A stretch of 64,000 nucleotides of DNA from an uncultured Solibacteraceae bacterium (GTDB lineage Bacteria > Acidobacteriota > Vicinamibacteria > Vicinamibacterales > SCN-69-37). Position numbers and translations under genes: made by a program. Below, piece by piece: positions 8,411 to 19,240 of this stretch; positions within the stretch are counted from its first letter, which is position 1, and the number at the start of each line of letters is the position of its first letter. The notes below the pieces were generated by a model, which had not been told where the DNA came from, did not search any database, and worked only from the letters and a program-made list of their open reading frames with translations. The stretch spans positions 6,874-70,873 of the forward strand of contig CAYYFE010000016.1 in assembly GCA_964471115.1 (NCBI GenBank). Reading direction: 5' to 3'.

Positions 8411-11400
8411 TTACCGCCCCCGGTACTGCCACAGCCCTTCCTTCAGCATCTTGAGGGCTTCGTCGACCGCGGTCTGCAGTTCGCGGTCGAAGCCCTTGAG
8501 TTCGTCCTCGGGCGTGTTCTCGACCCACACGTCGGGCGCCACGCCGAAGTTCTCGAGGTTGATGCCGTAGTTGTTGGGCCGCTCGGGGTCGTAGGTCACC
8601 ACGAGTGAGCCGGGCGTGCGGATCGATCCGCCGTTGATGAGCGCGTACGACCCGGTCGCGATGACCGCGGCCGACGTGGGATTGCCCACGATACGGCCGA
8701 GCCCGAGGTCGCGGAACGCCTGGGGCGTCACCTCCGAGTCCGACGCCGATCGCCAGTTGATCATCATGACCTTCGGTCCCGCGATGGCCTGGCGCGGCCG
8801 TCGTCCCCACTCGGGCGCGCCCCAGCGGTTGTTCCAGTATTCGTACGGGCGCCGCTCGAGGATGTCGATGATTTCCTGGTCGGTGTTGCCGCCGCCGTTG
8901 TACCGGATGTCGACGATGATGCCCTTGGCGTTCCAGAACTGATTGATCTCGTTGCGGAACTTCTCGAGCGAGGGCTGGTTCATCGCCTGGATGTGCACGT
9001 AGGCGATTTCGCCGTTGGTGGCCTTGGTCACGAACTCGCGGTTCTTCGCCACCCACGCGTCGTATTTCAGGGTGTTGAGCGAGGAGACCGACTGGATGCG
9101 CAGGTCGCGCGTGTTGGCGCCGGCCGCCGTGTCGGCCACCGTCACCTGCACGTACTCGTTGAGCGGCGAGTTGAGCAGCGTCCAGTAGTTGTCGCCCGCG
9201 CGCACCGGCGTGCCGTCAATCGCCAGCACGAAGTCGCCCACCTTGACGTTCAGCCATTCCTTGTCGGCCGGGCCGTTCGGGTAGATGTGCGTGACCTTGT
9301 ACCGTCCGCCTTCGGGCGCGAGTTCGAGGCCCAGATACCGCGTCTGATATTCGGACGGCTGCGGGTCACTGTCGGGGCCGCTCACGCCGGTGTGGGACGC
9401 GTTGAGTTCGCCAATCATCTCGTTGGCCAGGTCGTACACGTCTTCGTTGGCGCCCACGTACTTGAGCAGCGGCTCGTATTTCGCCTTGATGGCGTTCCAG
9501 TCCTTGCCGTGCATCTTTTCGTCGTAGAAGCGGTACTTCATCACCCGCCACGACTCGTCGAGGATCTGGGCCCATTCCTGGCGCTGATCCACACGCACGT
9601 TCACCGTGAACGGCACGCGTGTGCGCCGCCGCTGGCCGGTCATTTCCATGTGCCAGAGTTCGTTGTTCTCGGTGAAGAACACACGCCGCCGATCGGCGGT
9701 GGGCGTCAGCCCGGCAAAGGCGCCTGCCGCCAGGCGCTGGCGATCCTGCCCGTCGATCCCCACAGAGAAGAGCGCGGGACCCTGATCGTCACGTGACCGG
9801 AAGTACACCGTGCGTCCGTCCGTCGACAGGAAGAAGCCCTGGACCGGGTTCGTGCCCGACGTGATGGCCACCGCCCGACGGTCGATGCGTGTCAGGTTCG
9901 GCGTCGTCAACGGCGCCGCCGCAGCCGCCGCGCCGGCGCCTCCGCCCCCGCCGCCGCGACCAGCCGACGCCCGTCGCAGGCGTTCCTTGACGACCGGGTC
10001 GTTGGGATCCTCGGTCAGGCGTGCCAGCGGCAGGACGAACAACTGCGCCGTTCCGGCATTGCGGTCGCTCACGAAGACCACGCGGCTGCCGTCCGGGGTG
10101 ACAACGCCCTGGGTGTCGGTCCACGGGTTCTGCGTCACGTTCAGTTCGCGGCGCGTGGCCACCTCCATGAGGAAGACATCCGCGTTCTGGTCGCGATCGC
10201 GCTTCGTGTACACCAGCCAGTTCCCGTCGGGCGACCACCCGCTCACCTGATACCCGCCGGCGATGTTGTAGCCCAGCTCGGTGGTCGCGCCCGTCTCGAC
10301 CACGGTGACGAACAGGCGGTTGTTGGCCACCCACGCCAGGCGCGACGAGTCGGGCGAGAACCCGGCAATGGTCTTGAACGATTCGTGGGTGGTCAGCTTG
10401 CGGTTGGTCCGCGCCTCACGGTCGTACACCCAGATCTCTTCTTCCTTCGATTCATCGGAGGTGTAGGCCAGCCAGCGGCCGTTGGGCGCAAACGTCTGAT
10501 TGCGCTGCCGCCACGAGTTGGAGGTGACCTGCTGCTTCTCGCCGAACTCCGGATCGGACGGCACGATGAAGACTTCGCCGCGGCTGTCGATGGCCGCGTA
10601 GTCGCCGTCGGGGGTGATGGAGAAGCCATCGGGACGATTCTGGACCTGCACGGTGCGCGTCAGGTTGCGCTGCCGGTCGAACGCGATGTCGATGACCACG
10701 CGCGTGGGCGTCCGCTGACCAACCTTCAGCGTCCAGACCTCGAAGTCGTTCTCGTAGGCGATGGTCGTCCCATCCGGGCTCATCGACGGGAACTGCACCC
10801 CATCGTCGCTGTGGGAGGTGACCTGCGCGGGGGCGCCGCCGGTGGGCGCGATTCGCCAGATGTTGAAGTGGCCGCTGCGCTCGGAGGCGAAGTAGATCTG
10901 GCCGTCCGATCCCCACATCGGATACACGTCCTGCGTGAAGTTCCGGTATTCCTTCAGATTGGTGTCGGTCAGCCGCGTGATGCGCTGGGTCTTGAGGTCC
11001 TGAATCCAGATGTCGTCCGAGCGATTCCCGCGATAACCCTTGCGCCAGTAGCTGCCGCCCATCCGGTTGAAGGCCAGCATCGTGCCGTCGCGGTTCAGCA
11101 TGCCCTGCACGCCGCCGTCGATGGGCAGGGGCGTCGGCAGACCGCCGTCGACCGGCACGATGTGCAGCGGACTGCGCCACGGACTCACCGACTGGTTCGT
11201 CGCCACGATGACGCCCTTGCCGTCCGGCGTCCAGTTGAGCACCGTCTCCGGCGTCGTGGCTAAGGTGAGCTGGCGGGGTTCACCGCCCGTCGCCGGGATC
11301 AGAAACACGTCGGTGTTGCCGAAGCGATCCGACGTAAACGCGACCCACCGGCCGTCGGGGGACAGTCGCGGGAACACGTCGCGGGCGACGTGCGCCGTCA

Positions 11401-11569
11401 GCCGCTGCGGACTGGACCCGTTCTCGTTCGCGATCCAGATGTCGCCGTGATAGCTGAACACCAGCTTGCCCTGCGACACATGGGGATAACGCGCGAACTT
11501 GATCGGTTCGGCCCACGCCGTGGCGGTGACCAGGAGGGCGGCGATGAGAAGCGTCAGGGGTCGAGTCAT
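8411..11569 (-). CDS. Tricorn-like S41 family peptidase with PD40 beta-propeller repeats and PDZ domain
   Basis: PD40 repeats (PRLSPDGRWVAF), IIVDIRYNGGG, SASDSE catalytic Ser region, GVAPD. Confidence 0.92.
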   Translation of the reverse strand: MTRPLTLLIAALLVTATAWAEPIKFARYPHVSQGKLVFSYHGDIWIANENGSSPQRLTAHVARDVFPRLSPDGRWVAFTSDRFGNTDVFLIPATGGEPRQLTLATTPETVLNWTPDGKGVIVATNQSVSPWRSPLHIVPVDGGLPTPLPIDGGVQGMLNRDGTMLAFNRMGGSYWRKGYRGNRSDDIWIQDLKTQRITRLTDTNLKEYRNFTQDVYPMWGSDGQIYFASERSGHFNIWRIAPTGGAPAQVTSHSDDGVQFPSMSPDGTTIAYENDFEVWTLKVGQRTPTRVVIDIAFDRQRNLTRTVQVQNRPDGFSITPDGDYAAIDSRGEVFIVPSDPEFGEKQQVTSNSWRQRNQTFAPNGRWLAYTSDESKEEEIWVYDREARTNRKLTTHESFKTIAGFSPDSSRLAWVANNRLFVTVVETGATTELGYNIAGGYQVSGWSPDGNWLVYTKRDRDQNADVFLMEVATRRELNVTQNPWTDTQGVVTPDGSRVVFVSDRNAGTAQLFVLPLARLTEDPNDPVVKERLRRASAGRGGGGGGAGAAAAAAPLTTPNLTRIDRRAVAITSGTNPVQGFFLSTDGRTVYFRSRDDQGPALFSVGIDGQDRQRLAAGAFAGLTPTADRRRVFFTENNELWHMEMTGQRRRTRVPFTVNVRVDQRQEWAQILDESWRVMKYRFYDEKMHGKDWNAIKAKYEPLLKYVGANEDVYDLANEMIGELNASHTGVSGPDSDPQPSEYQTRYLGLELAPEGGRYKVTHIYPNGPADKEWLNVKVGDFVLAIDGTPVRAGDNYWTLLNSPLNEYVQVTVADTAAGANTRDLRIQSVSSLNTLKYDAWVAKNREFVTKATNGEIAYVHIQAMNQPSLEKFRNEINQFWNAKGIIVDIRYNGGGNTDQEIIDILERRPYEYWNNRWGAPEWGRRPRQAIAGPKVMMINWRSASDSEVTPQAFRDLGLGRIVGNPTSAAVIATGSYALINGGSIRTPGSLVVTYDPERPNNYGINLENFGVAPDVWVENTPEDELKGFDRELQTAVDEALKMLKEGLWQYRGR

Positions 11570-11584
11570 GGCAGGTCTCTCCGT

Positions 11585-13102
11585 CTACTGCAGCAACAGG
11601 CCGGCGCCGGGTCCCAGCGGCAGGCCGAAGGTGAACCAGAGCGCCAGCAGCGCGCTCCAGATGGTGAGGAAGACGACCGAATACGGCAGCATCGTGGCGA
11701 TGACGGTGCCCATGCCGGCCTTCTTGTCGTACTTCTCGAAGAACGCGACGATCAGCGCGAAGTAGGACATCATCGGCGAAATGATGTTGGTCGTGCTGTC
11801 GCCCACGCGGAAGGCGGCCTGCGTCAGTTCAGGCGTGTAGCCGAGCAGCATGAACATCGGCACGAACACCGGGGCCATGATCGCCCACTTCGCCGAGGCG
11901 CTGCCCATGAAGAGGTTGATGAACGCCGTGAGCAGGATGAACATCACCATCAGCGGCGCGCCGCCCAGCGCGGATTCGCGCAGGACGTCGGCGCCCTTCA
12001 CGGCGAAGATCAGTCCCAGGTTGCTCCAGTTGAAGAACGCGACGAACTGCGCCGCGAAGAACACCAGCACCAGGTAGCCACCCAGGCCGCTGATCGACTT
12101 GCCCATGCCGGACATCACGTCCGCGTCGTTCTTGAAGGTGCCCGCCCCGAACCCGTACGCGGCGCCGGCCACGACGCCGAGCAGGAAGATCAGCGCGACG
12201 ATGCCCGACATGAACGGCGACCGGAGGAGATCGCCCGTCTGTGGATCGCGCAGGAAGCCGTCGCCCGGCACCGTGCCCCACAACACGATGGCCGCCAGCA
12301 CCAGCGTGGCGATGCCGGCCCAGCGCAGGCCGCGCCGTTCCAGATCATTGAGGCCCTCAATCGCCTCCGCCTTCGACGCGCCGGCGTATTCGCCCAGCCG
12401 GGGGACGACGATGCGTTCGGTGACCCACGTGCCGGCAATCGTGAGCAGCGGCGTCGACACCGCCATGAAGTAGTAATTGGCCGCCGCGTTGACGGCATAG
12501 TCGGGACGCACGATGCGCGCGGCCTCTTCCGACAGGCCCGCCAGCAGCGGGTCCACGGTGCCCAGCAGCAGGTTGGCGCTGTAGCCGCCCGACACACCCG
12601 CAAACGCGGCCGCCATGCCCGCGATGGGATGCCGCCTGGCGCCGAGGAAGATGAGGCCCGCCAGCGGCACCAGAAGGACGTACCCGAGTTCGCTGGCCAT
12701 GTTCGACATGACACCCGCGAACACCAGCACCGAGGTCAGCAGCCGCGGCGGTGCCGAGAGCACGAGCAGCCGCAGGCTGGCGCTCATCAGGCCCGACGCT
12801 TCCATCGCGCCGATGCCCAGCATCGCCACCAGCACCGTGCCCAGCGGCGCGAAGCCCGTGAAGTTGGTGACCAGGTTGGTGAGAATGCGATGCAGGCCCG
12901 AGAGGCTCAGCAGGTCGACCGGCGTAATCGTCGCGCCCGTGCCGGGGTGGACGGCCGAGATGCCCGACATCGCGGCAAACGACGACACCACCACGACGCC
13001 CAGCGCGAACAGGGCAAACAGCGAGGCGGGATGGGGCAGCGCGTTGCCGCCCTTCTCCACGACGTTCAGGAAGACGGTCAGCCAGCTCCGGCGTGCAGTC
13101 AT
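11585..13102 (-). CDS. abgT: AbgT family transporter
   Basis: [45 protein letters not shown] motifs. Confidence 0.92.
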   Translation of the reverse strand: MTARRSWLTVFLNVVEKGGNALPHPASLFALFALGVVVVSSFAAMSGISAVHPGTGATITPVDLLSLSGLHRILTNLVTNFTGFAPLGTVLVAMLGIGAMEASGLMSASLRLLVLSAPPRLLTSVLVFAGVMSNMASELGYVLLVPLAGLIFLGARRHPIAGMAAAFAGVSGGYSANLLLGTVDPLLAGLSEEAARIVRPDYAVNAAANYYFMAVSTPLLTIAGTWVTERIVVPRLGEYAGASKAEAIEGLNDLERRGLRWAGIATLVLAAIVLWGTVPGDGFLRDPQTGDLLRSPFMSGIVALIFLLGVVAGAAYGFGAGTFKNDADVMSGMGKSISGLGGYLVLVFFAAQFVAFFNWSNLGLIFAVKGADVLRESALGGAPLMVMFILLTAFINLFMGSASAKWAIMAPVFVPMFMLLGYTPELTQAAFRVGDSTTNIISPMMSYFALIVAFFEKYDKKAGMGTVIATMLPYSVVFLTIWSALLALWFTFGLPLGPGAGLLLQ

Positions 13103-13121
13103 GCGGGGACTCTACCACCAA

Positions 13122-13233
13122 CCCGCGAGCCCACCAGCCCACGAACCCACGAACCCACGAGCCCACGAGCCCACGAGCCCACGAACCCACAAGCCCACGA
13201 GCCCACGAACCCACAAGCCCACGAGCCCACGAT
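13122..13233. repeat. 8-bp tandem array, consensus CCCACGAR, 14 units
   Basis: Fills the gap between the K+ channel stop and the AbgT promoter. Confidence 0.95.
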
Positions 13234-13235
13234 GA

Positions 13236-14924
<1,689 letters not shown>

Positions 14925-14940
14925 AGTGGAAGGATCATGA

Positions 14941-14968
14941 AGGGATCAGGGACGAGGGACAAGGGAAA
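14941..14968. repeat. 7-bp degenerate array (AGGGATC/AGGGACG/AGGGACA/AGGGAAA)
   Basis: Four units read directly. Confidence 0.6.
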
Positions 14969-14988
14969 ATGGAGGGGCCGAGGGAGCA

Positions 14989-15044
14989 ATCGATGGATCA
15001 ATGGATCAATGGATCGATGGATCGATGGATCGATGGATCGATGG
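14989..15044. repeat. 8-bp tandem array ATCRATGG, 7 units
   Basis: Read directly; ends 8 nt before the DUF2200 ATG. Confidence 0.95.
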
Positions 15045-15052
15045 GGGGCACG

Positions 15053-15424
15053 ATGAAGGTGACCGAGGCGCAGGACGAGCGGATTGCGGGGATGACGTTG
15101 GCGTCGGTGTACCCGCACTACGTGGCGAAGGTGGAGAAAAAGGGGCGGACCAGGGTGGAACTGCATCAGGTCATCACCTGGCTGACCGGGTATGACGAGG
15201 CCCAGTTGCGGGCGTGTCTCGACCGGAAGGTGACGTTCAGGACGTTCTTCGAGGAGGCGACGCTCAACCCGAACGCGCGGCTGATCACCGGCGTCATCTG
15301 CGGGTACCGCGTGGAGGACATCCCGTTCCCGCTGACCCGGCAGGTGCGGTATCTCGACAAGCTGGTGGACGAGCTGGCGAAGGGCCGGCCACTCGAAAAG
15401 ATCCTTCGGACCGCAGCGAAATGA
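15053..15424 (+). CDS. DUF2200 family protein
   Basis: ASVYPHYVAKVEKKGRT, WLTGY, ITGVICGYRVEDI, RYLDKLVDELAKG; start set at the Met at 15053, downstream of the repeats. Confidence 0.88.
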   Translation: MKVTEAQDERIAGMTLASVYPHYVAKVEKKGRTRVELHQVITWLTGYDEAQLRACLDRKVTFRTFFEEATLNPNARLITGVICGYRVEDIPFPLTRQVRYLDKLVDELAKGRPLEKILRTAAK

Positions 15425-15452
15425 GCTCGGAGGTCATTGACCTCCGAGCTCA
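15422..15452. terminator. Perfect 15-bp-arm palindrome spanning both convergent stop codons (bidirectional terminator candidate)
   Basis: TGAGCTCGGAGGTCA-T-TGACCTCCGAGCTCA. Confidence 0.6.
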
Positions 15453-17855
15453 GGACTCGCTCATGGTGTCCCTCGGCGACACGCGGGTGGCGCGCAGGGC
15501 CGGGGACCAGCTGGCCAGGAGCGTGACCGCCAGCTGCAGGACCAACGCGGCGGCGTAGAGGCGTGGATCGAAGGGCGAGACGCCGGGCAGCAGTGCGCGG
15601 GCGGTGGAGGCGGCGGCGAAGGCGACGAGCAGGCCGACCACCAGGGCAGGCCCGGCCAGGCGCAGGGATTCGCCGATGATCAGGCGGCGCAGGTCGGCGG
15701 GCGTGGCGCCAAGCGCGAGCCGCACCCCGAATTCACGCGTGCGCTGGCTGACCAATTGCCAGGTGACGCCGAACAACCCGACCGTGACCAGAATCACGGC
15801 CACGGCGCCGCACGTGGCGAAAAACGCGGCGGCCACGCGGGCCGGCCAGAGGGGCAGCGCCATGCGCTCCTGCATGGTCTGCACGGCCGCCGGCGGCAGC
15901 GTGTCGCCCAGTTCACGCCAGGCCTCGCGCATCGCGCGGGCGCCCGCGACGCCGTCGGTGTGCGCGCGGACGACCAGCGTCAGCGCGTCACCCAGCCCCG
16001 ACGGCTGGAGCGGAACGTACACCATCGGGCGCGCCGTTTCCTGCAGCTGTGAGACCGAGACGTCCGCCGCAATCCCGATGACCTGCCGCGGCCGGCGCTG
16101 ATCGTCGTACAGCCATTGACCCACCGCGAGGGCGCCAGGCCACAACGCCCGGGCGGCCGCGTCGTTGACCATCACCACGTCGGTGTCGCGGCCCAGTGGG
16201 GCCGCAAACGCGCGGCCTGCCCGCAGGGTGATCCCCATCGCGTCAAAGTAGGCGGGTGACACCGCCACGGCGGCGGCCGTGACGCAGCCGCCCGCAGCGC
16301 AATCACGGCCATCCGCCGAGGCCGTCATCGACCGGCCCACACCGAGCTGGAACGGCACTCGCTCGGCAATGCCGACCGCCGCGATGTCGGGTCGCGACGC
16401 GAGACGGTCCGTCAACTCGCGCACCAGTTCCGCCTGCCGTTCCGGAGACGCCAGCGTCCTCGACGGGCTGATCTGCATCGTCGCCGTCTGCGTGAGGTTG
16501 AAGCCCGGGTCGCGCCGATCGAGCGCCACGAAGCTCGCGACAAAGAGCAGCGCCAGTGTCATGAAGGTGGTGGCGCCCACCACCTGAAGCCGGACGAACA
16601 GGCGGCGCGCCGTGGCCGGCGCGAGGGCGCCCGACGCCGGACCCGAGCCGCTGCCCTTGAGCCAGCGAATGGGATCGACACGCGCGATGCGCCACGCGGG
16701 CGTGAGCGTGGGGACGGCCGCGGCGACCAGCACGAGCGCCGCCGTGAACGCGATCATCCGCCAGTCGACCGAGAAGTGCAGCCGCTGCGGAATCGGCGCC
16801 GGCAGACTGAGGCCGCCCAGCAGCGACTCGCTCCACGCGGCGACGAGCAGCGCGGCCGTGCCCGCCAGCGTGGCCAACACGAGGCCTTCGGCCAGCAACA
16901 GGCGCGTGAGCCGGTGACGGCCCGCACCAAGTGCCGCGCGAATACCCAGTTCGCGCTGGCGCTCCACCGACCGAGCGAGGATCAGACCGGCGACGTTGAA
17001 ACACGCGATCAGCAGCACCAGTCCCACCGCCGCCAGGCCCAGCAGCGCCGCGCTGCCCAGCTGGCGCGCTTCGGGGTGCCCCTCGCGAATGGGGATGTAC
17101 TGCGCGCGCACGCGATCGCGCTCGCCGGTCTCGGCGAGTCCGCGCGCCAGCGCCAGCATCTCCGCGTCAATTTGCGCCCGGGTCGCCTCCGCCTTCGGTC
17201 GCGCCACCATCGTCAGCCATTCGGCGTTGCCGTCGGCCGCCGGGTCGAGGCGCAGCGCGGGCAAGGCGTCAAAGGTGAACCAGACGTGGGGTTCGAACAG
17301 GCCGCCAGGGCCCTGGAAGTCGTCGGCCACGATGCCGATGACCGAGGCGAGTTGTCCGTTGAGCACCGGTGTGATCGTCGTCAGGTCTGCGGCGCCCCAG
17401 CGCGCGCGCCAGTACCGCTCGCTCATCAGGATGGGCACGGCGCCTGACGGCACATCACGGCTGCTGAGCACGCGCCCGGCCACTGTGGGCGCGGGGACAA
17501 TCGTGAAGTAGTCGGAGGAGACGGCCAGCGCCCAGATCTGTTCGGGCCCGGCCGCGCTGACGGCCGTCAGCGGCAGCCGGCCCTCAGCCGCGGCCACGTC
17601 CAGCGTGGACGCCGCACGCACCGCGTCGAACGTGGTTCGGCTCACCGACGCGTGGGGATCGGCCGTCGTGCCGACAAACACCCAGCCGTACGTGTCTGAG
17701 CCGGCGACGGCAAACGGCCGGAACACCAGGGCGTTGACGCTGGAGAAGGCCACCGTATTGACGCCCAGTCCGAGGGCCAGGGTGAACACCACCAGAGCGG
17801 CGTGGGCCGGCCGTCGACTCAGACTGCGCAGGGCGTACTGCAGGTCAGCGAACAT
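15450..17855 (-). CDS. ADOP-type duplicated ABC permease (MacB/FtsX-like, no adjacent ATPase)
   Basis: DLQYALRSL, LALGLGVNT, LLIACFNVAGL, RELGIRAALGA, REFGVRLALGA. Confidence 0.88.
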   Translation of the reverse strand: MFADLQYALRSLSRRPAHAALVVFTLALGLGVNTVAFSSVNALVFRPFAVAGSDTYGWVFVGTTADPHASVSRTTFDAVRAASTLDVAAAEGRLPLTAVSAAGPEQIWALAVSSDYFTIVPAPTVAGRVLSSRDVPSGAVPILMSERYWRARWGAADLTTITPVLNGQLASVIGIVADDFQGPGGLFEPHVWFTFDALPALRLDPAADGNAEWLTMVARPKAEATRAQIDAEMLALARGLAETGERDRVRAQYIPIREGHPEARQLGSAALLGLAAVGLVLLIACFNVAGLILARSVERQRELGIRAALGAGRHRLTRLLLAEGLVLATLAGTAALLVAAWSESLLGGLSLPAPIPQRLHFSVDWRMIAFTAALVLVAAAVPTLTPAWRIARVDPIRWLKGSGSGPASGALAPATARRLFVRLQVVGATTFMTLALLFVASFVALDRRDPGFNLTQTATMQISPSRTLASPERQAELVRELTDRLASRPDIAAVGIAERVPFQLGVGRSMTASADGRDCAAGGCVTAAAVAVSPAYFDAMGITLRAGRAFAAPLGRDTDVVMVNDAAARALWPGALAVGQWLYDDQRRPRQVIGIAADVSVSQLQETARPMVYVPLQPSGLGDALTLVVRAHTDGVAGARAMREAWRELGDTLPPAAVQTMQERMALPLWPARVAAAFFATCGAVAVILVTVGLFGVTWQLVSQRTREFGVRLALGATPADLRRLIIGESLRLAGPALVVGLLVAFAAASTARALLPGVSPFDPRLYAAALVLQLAVTLLASWSPALRATRVSPRDTMSES

Positions 17856-17864
17856 GCACTGCCG

Positions 17865-18500
17865 TTACGAGACATCCGGGGGTGTGGTTCGGTTCCGCGC
17901 GTGGAGCAGGCCCACCGCCAGCACCCCCGACCACAGCAGGAACGCGTAGAGGAAGACGCGTTCGACCACGCCGACCCCCGGTGTGGGCCGCTGCCAGATC
18001 ATGAGCGGGACGTACACAAACGTGCCGAGGCCGAACAGGAACGCGACGGGAGTCACCAGTCGCGAGAATCGACGGAACCGGTTCCCCAGCGCGTTCGTGC
18101 CGGCGAACATGGTCGCGGTCAGCAACAGCACCATCAGCGCGCCCATCGCGATGTGACCGGCGTCAGTCACCGCGAAGGCGTCGCCGCGTTGATGCATCGG
18201 CACGAACGACCACAGCGGCCCCGAGAGGACAAACGCGACCATCAGCCAGCCGAGCACCCGCACCTGCGGGCGCGTGCGGCCTTCAAGGACGATGGCGGTG
18301 GTGAAGGCGGTGAAGAGGAAGGCGTAGACCTGCAGAAACGCGCCCCACAACGCCGCGGTCGGCGCGCCAACGGCCGACAGTTCGCTGATGACCTGATGCG
18401 CGAAGCTGTAGTTGGGATAGCGGAGTCCGCAGACGACATCCGCGGCGATGTAGACGACCGGCGACAACGCGCCCAAGACGAGCAGCAGGGTTCGAACCAC
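17865..18500 (-). CDS. DUF998 family membrane protein
   Basis: YSFAHQVISELSAVGAP, several TM segments, GVVER; GTG start at 18500 preferred, alternative ATG at 18551. Confidence 0.7.
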   Translation of the reverse strand: MVRTLLLVLGALSPVVYIAADVVCGLRYPNYSFAHQVISELSAVGAPTAALWGAFLQVYAFLFTAFTTAIVLEGRTRPQVRVLGWLMVAFVLSGPLWSFVPMHQRGDAFAVTDAGHIAMGALMVLLLTATMFAGTNALGNRFRRFSRLVTPVAFLFGLGTFVYVPLMIWQRPTPGVGVVERVFLYAFLLWSGVLAVGLLHARNRTTPPDVS

Positions 18501-18550
18501 GGCAGTGGTGCTCCCGGCCCCGGGCGGAGAGGCCCTGCTCTGAGCATACA

Positions 18551-18640
18551 TGGTGCCGGGGGTGGGAATCGAACCCACACGTCCCTGTGGGGGACTCGGG
18601 ATTTTAAGTCCCGTGCGTCTGCCAGTTTCGCCACCCCGGC
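18551..18640 (-). tRNA. trnL: tRNA-Leu (anticodon TAA), 90 nt, CCA encoded
   Basis: GCCGGGG acceptor stem, anticodon arm CGGGA-CTTAAAA-TCCCG, long variable arm, T-loop TTCGATT, ACCA end. Confidence 0.97.
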
Positions 18641-18683
18641 AGGGGGCTGAGTGAAGGTAGCACGGGGGGATGGGAGTTATTTG

Positions 18684-18761
18684 GGATTGAGGATTGAGGA
18701 TTGAGGATTTGTCCGCACTTCGCACTTCGCACTCCGCACTCCGCACCGATCGATCCTCAAT
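18684..18761 (+). repeat. Composite 7-bp array (GGATTGA)3-4 + (CGCACTY)4-5 + inverted ATCCTCAAT
   Basis: Read directly; near-copy in reverse orientation at 31615-31712. Confidence 0.9.
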
Positions 18762-18790
18762 TCGAATAGAATCTCCCCCAGGAGCGTCCC

Positions 18791-19240
18791 ATGGAAATCC
18801 TCTGGTGGCATTGGCTCGTGATTGGCCTGCTGCTGGTATTGGCGGAACTGGCCACGGCCGGCGGGTTCTACGTGATCTTCTTCGGCGTGTCGGCGCTGAT
18901 CGTCGGCGTGCTGGCGGGTTTTGGCGCGGCCGGCCCGATGTGGGTGCAACTGCTGCTGTTCTCCGTCCTGTCGGTCGCGTCGCTCGTGCTGTTCCGCGCG
19001 CGGCTGCTGCAGTGGGTGCAGCACGACCCGCAGCAGCCCGAGATTGACACGCTGGTCGGCGAGATCGGCGTCGCCAGCTCCGAACTGACGCCCGGCACGG
19101 TGGGCCGCGTGGAAGTGCGCGGCGCGGCCTGGTCGGCGCGCAACATCGGCGCGGCCGCGGTCACCCCCGGCACGCGCATCCGCGTCGTCCGCGTGGACGG
19201 CCTCATGTTGGATATCGAACCGGAAGGAGCCCGCTCGTGA
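18791..19240 (+). CDS. NfeD family membrane protein (C-terminal OB-fold type)
   Basis: WWHWLVIGLLL..AEL, LVGEIG, GRVEVRGAAWSAR; adjacent to an SPFH gene. Confidence 0.9.
   Translation: MEILWWHWLVIGLLLVLAELATAGGFYVIFFGVSALIVGVLAGFGAAGPMWVQLLLFSVLSVASLVLFRARLLQWVQHDPQQPEIDTLVGEIGVASSELTPGTVGRVEVRGAAWSARNIGAAAVTPGTRIRVVRVDGLMLDIEPEGARS

Noticed and set aside
13122-13233. Repeat arrays as CRISPR arrays
   Set aside because: Units are 7-10 bp, contiguous and without unique spacers; no cas genes in the window.
15450-18640. Genomic island integrated at tRNA-Leu
   Set aside because: No integrase, no duplicated tRNA 3' end noticed, and no clear compositional shift.
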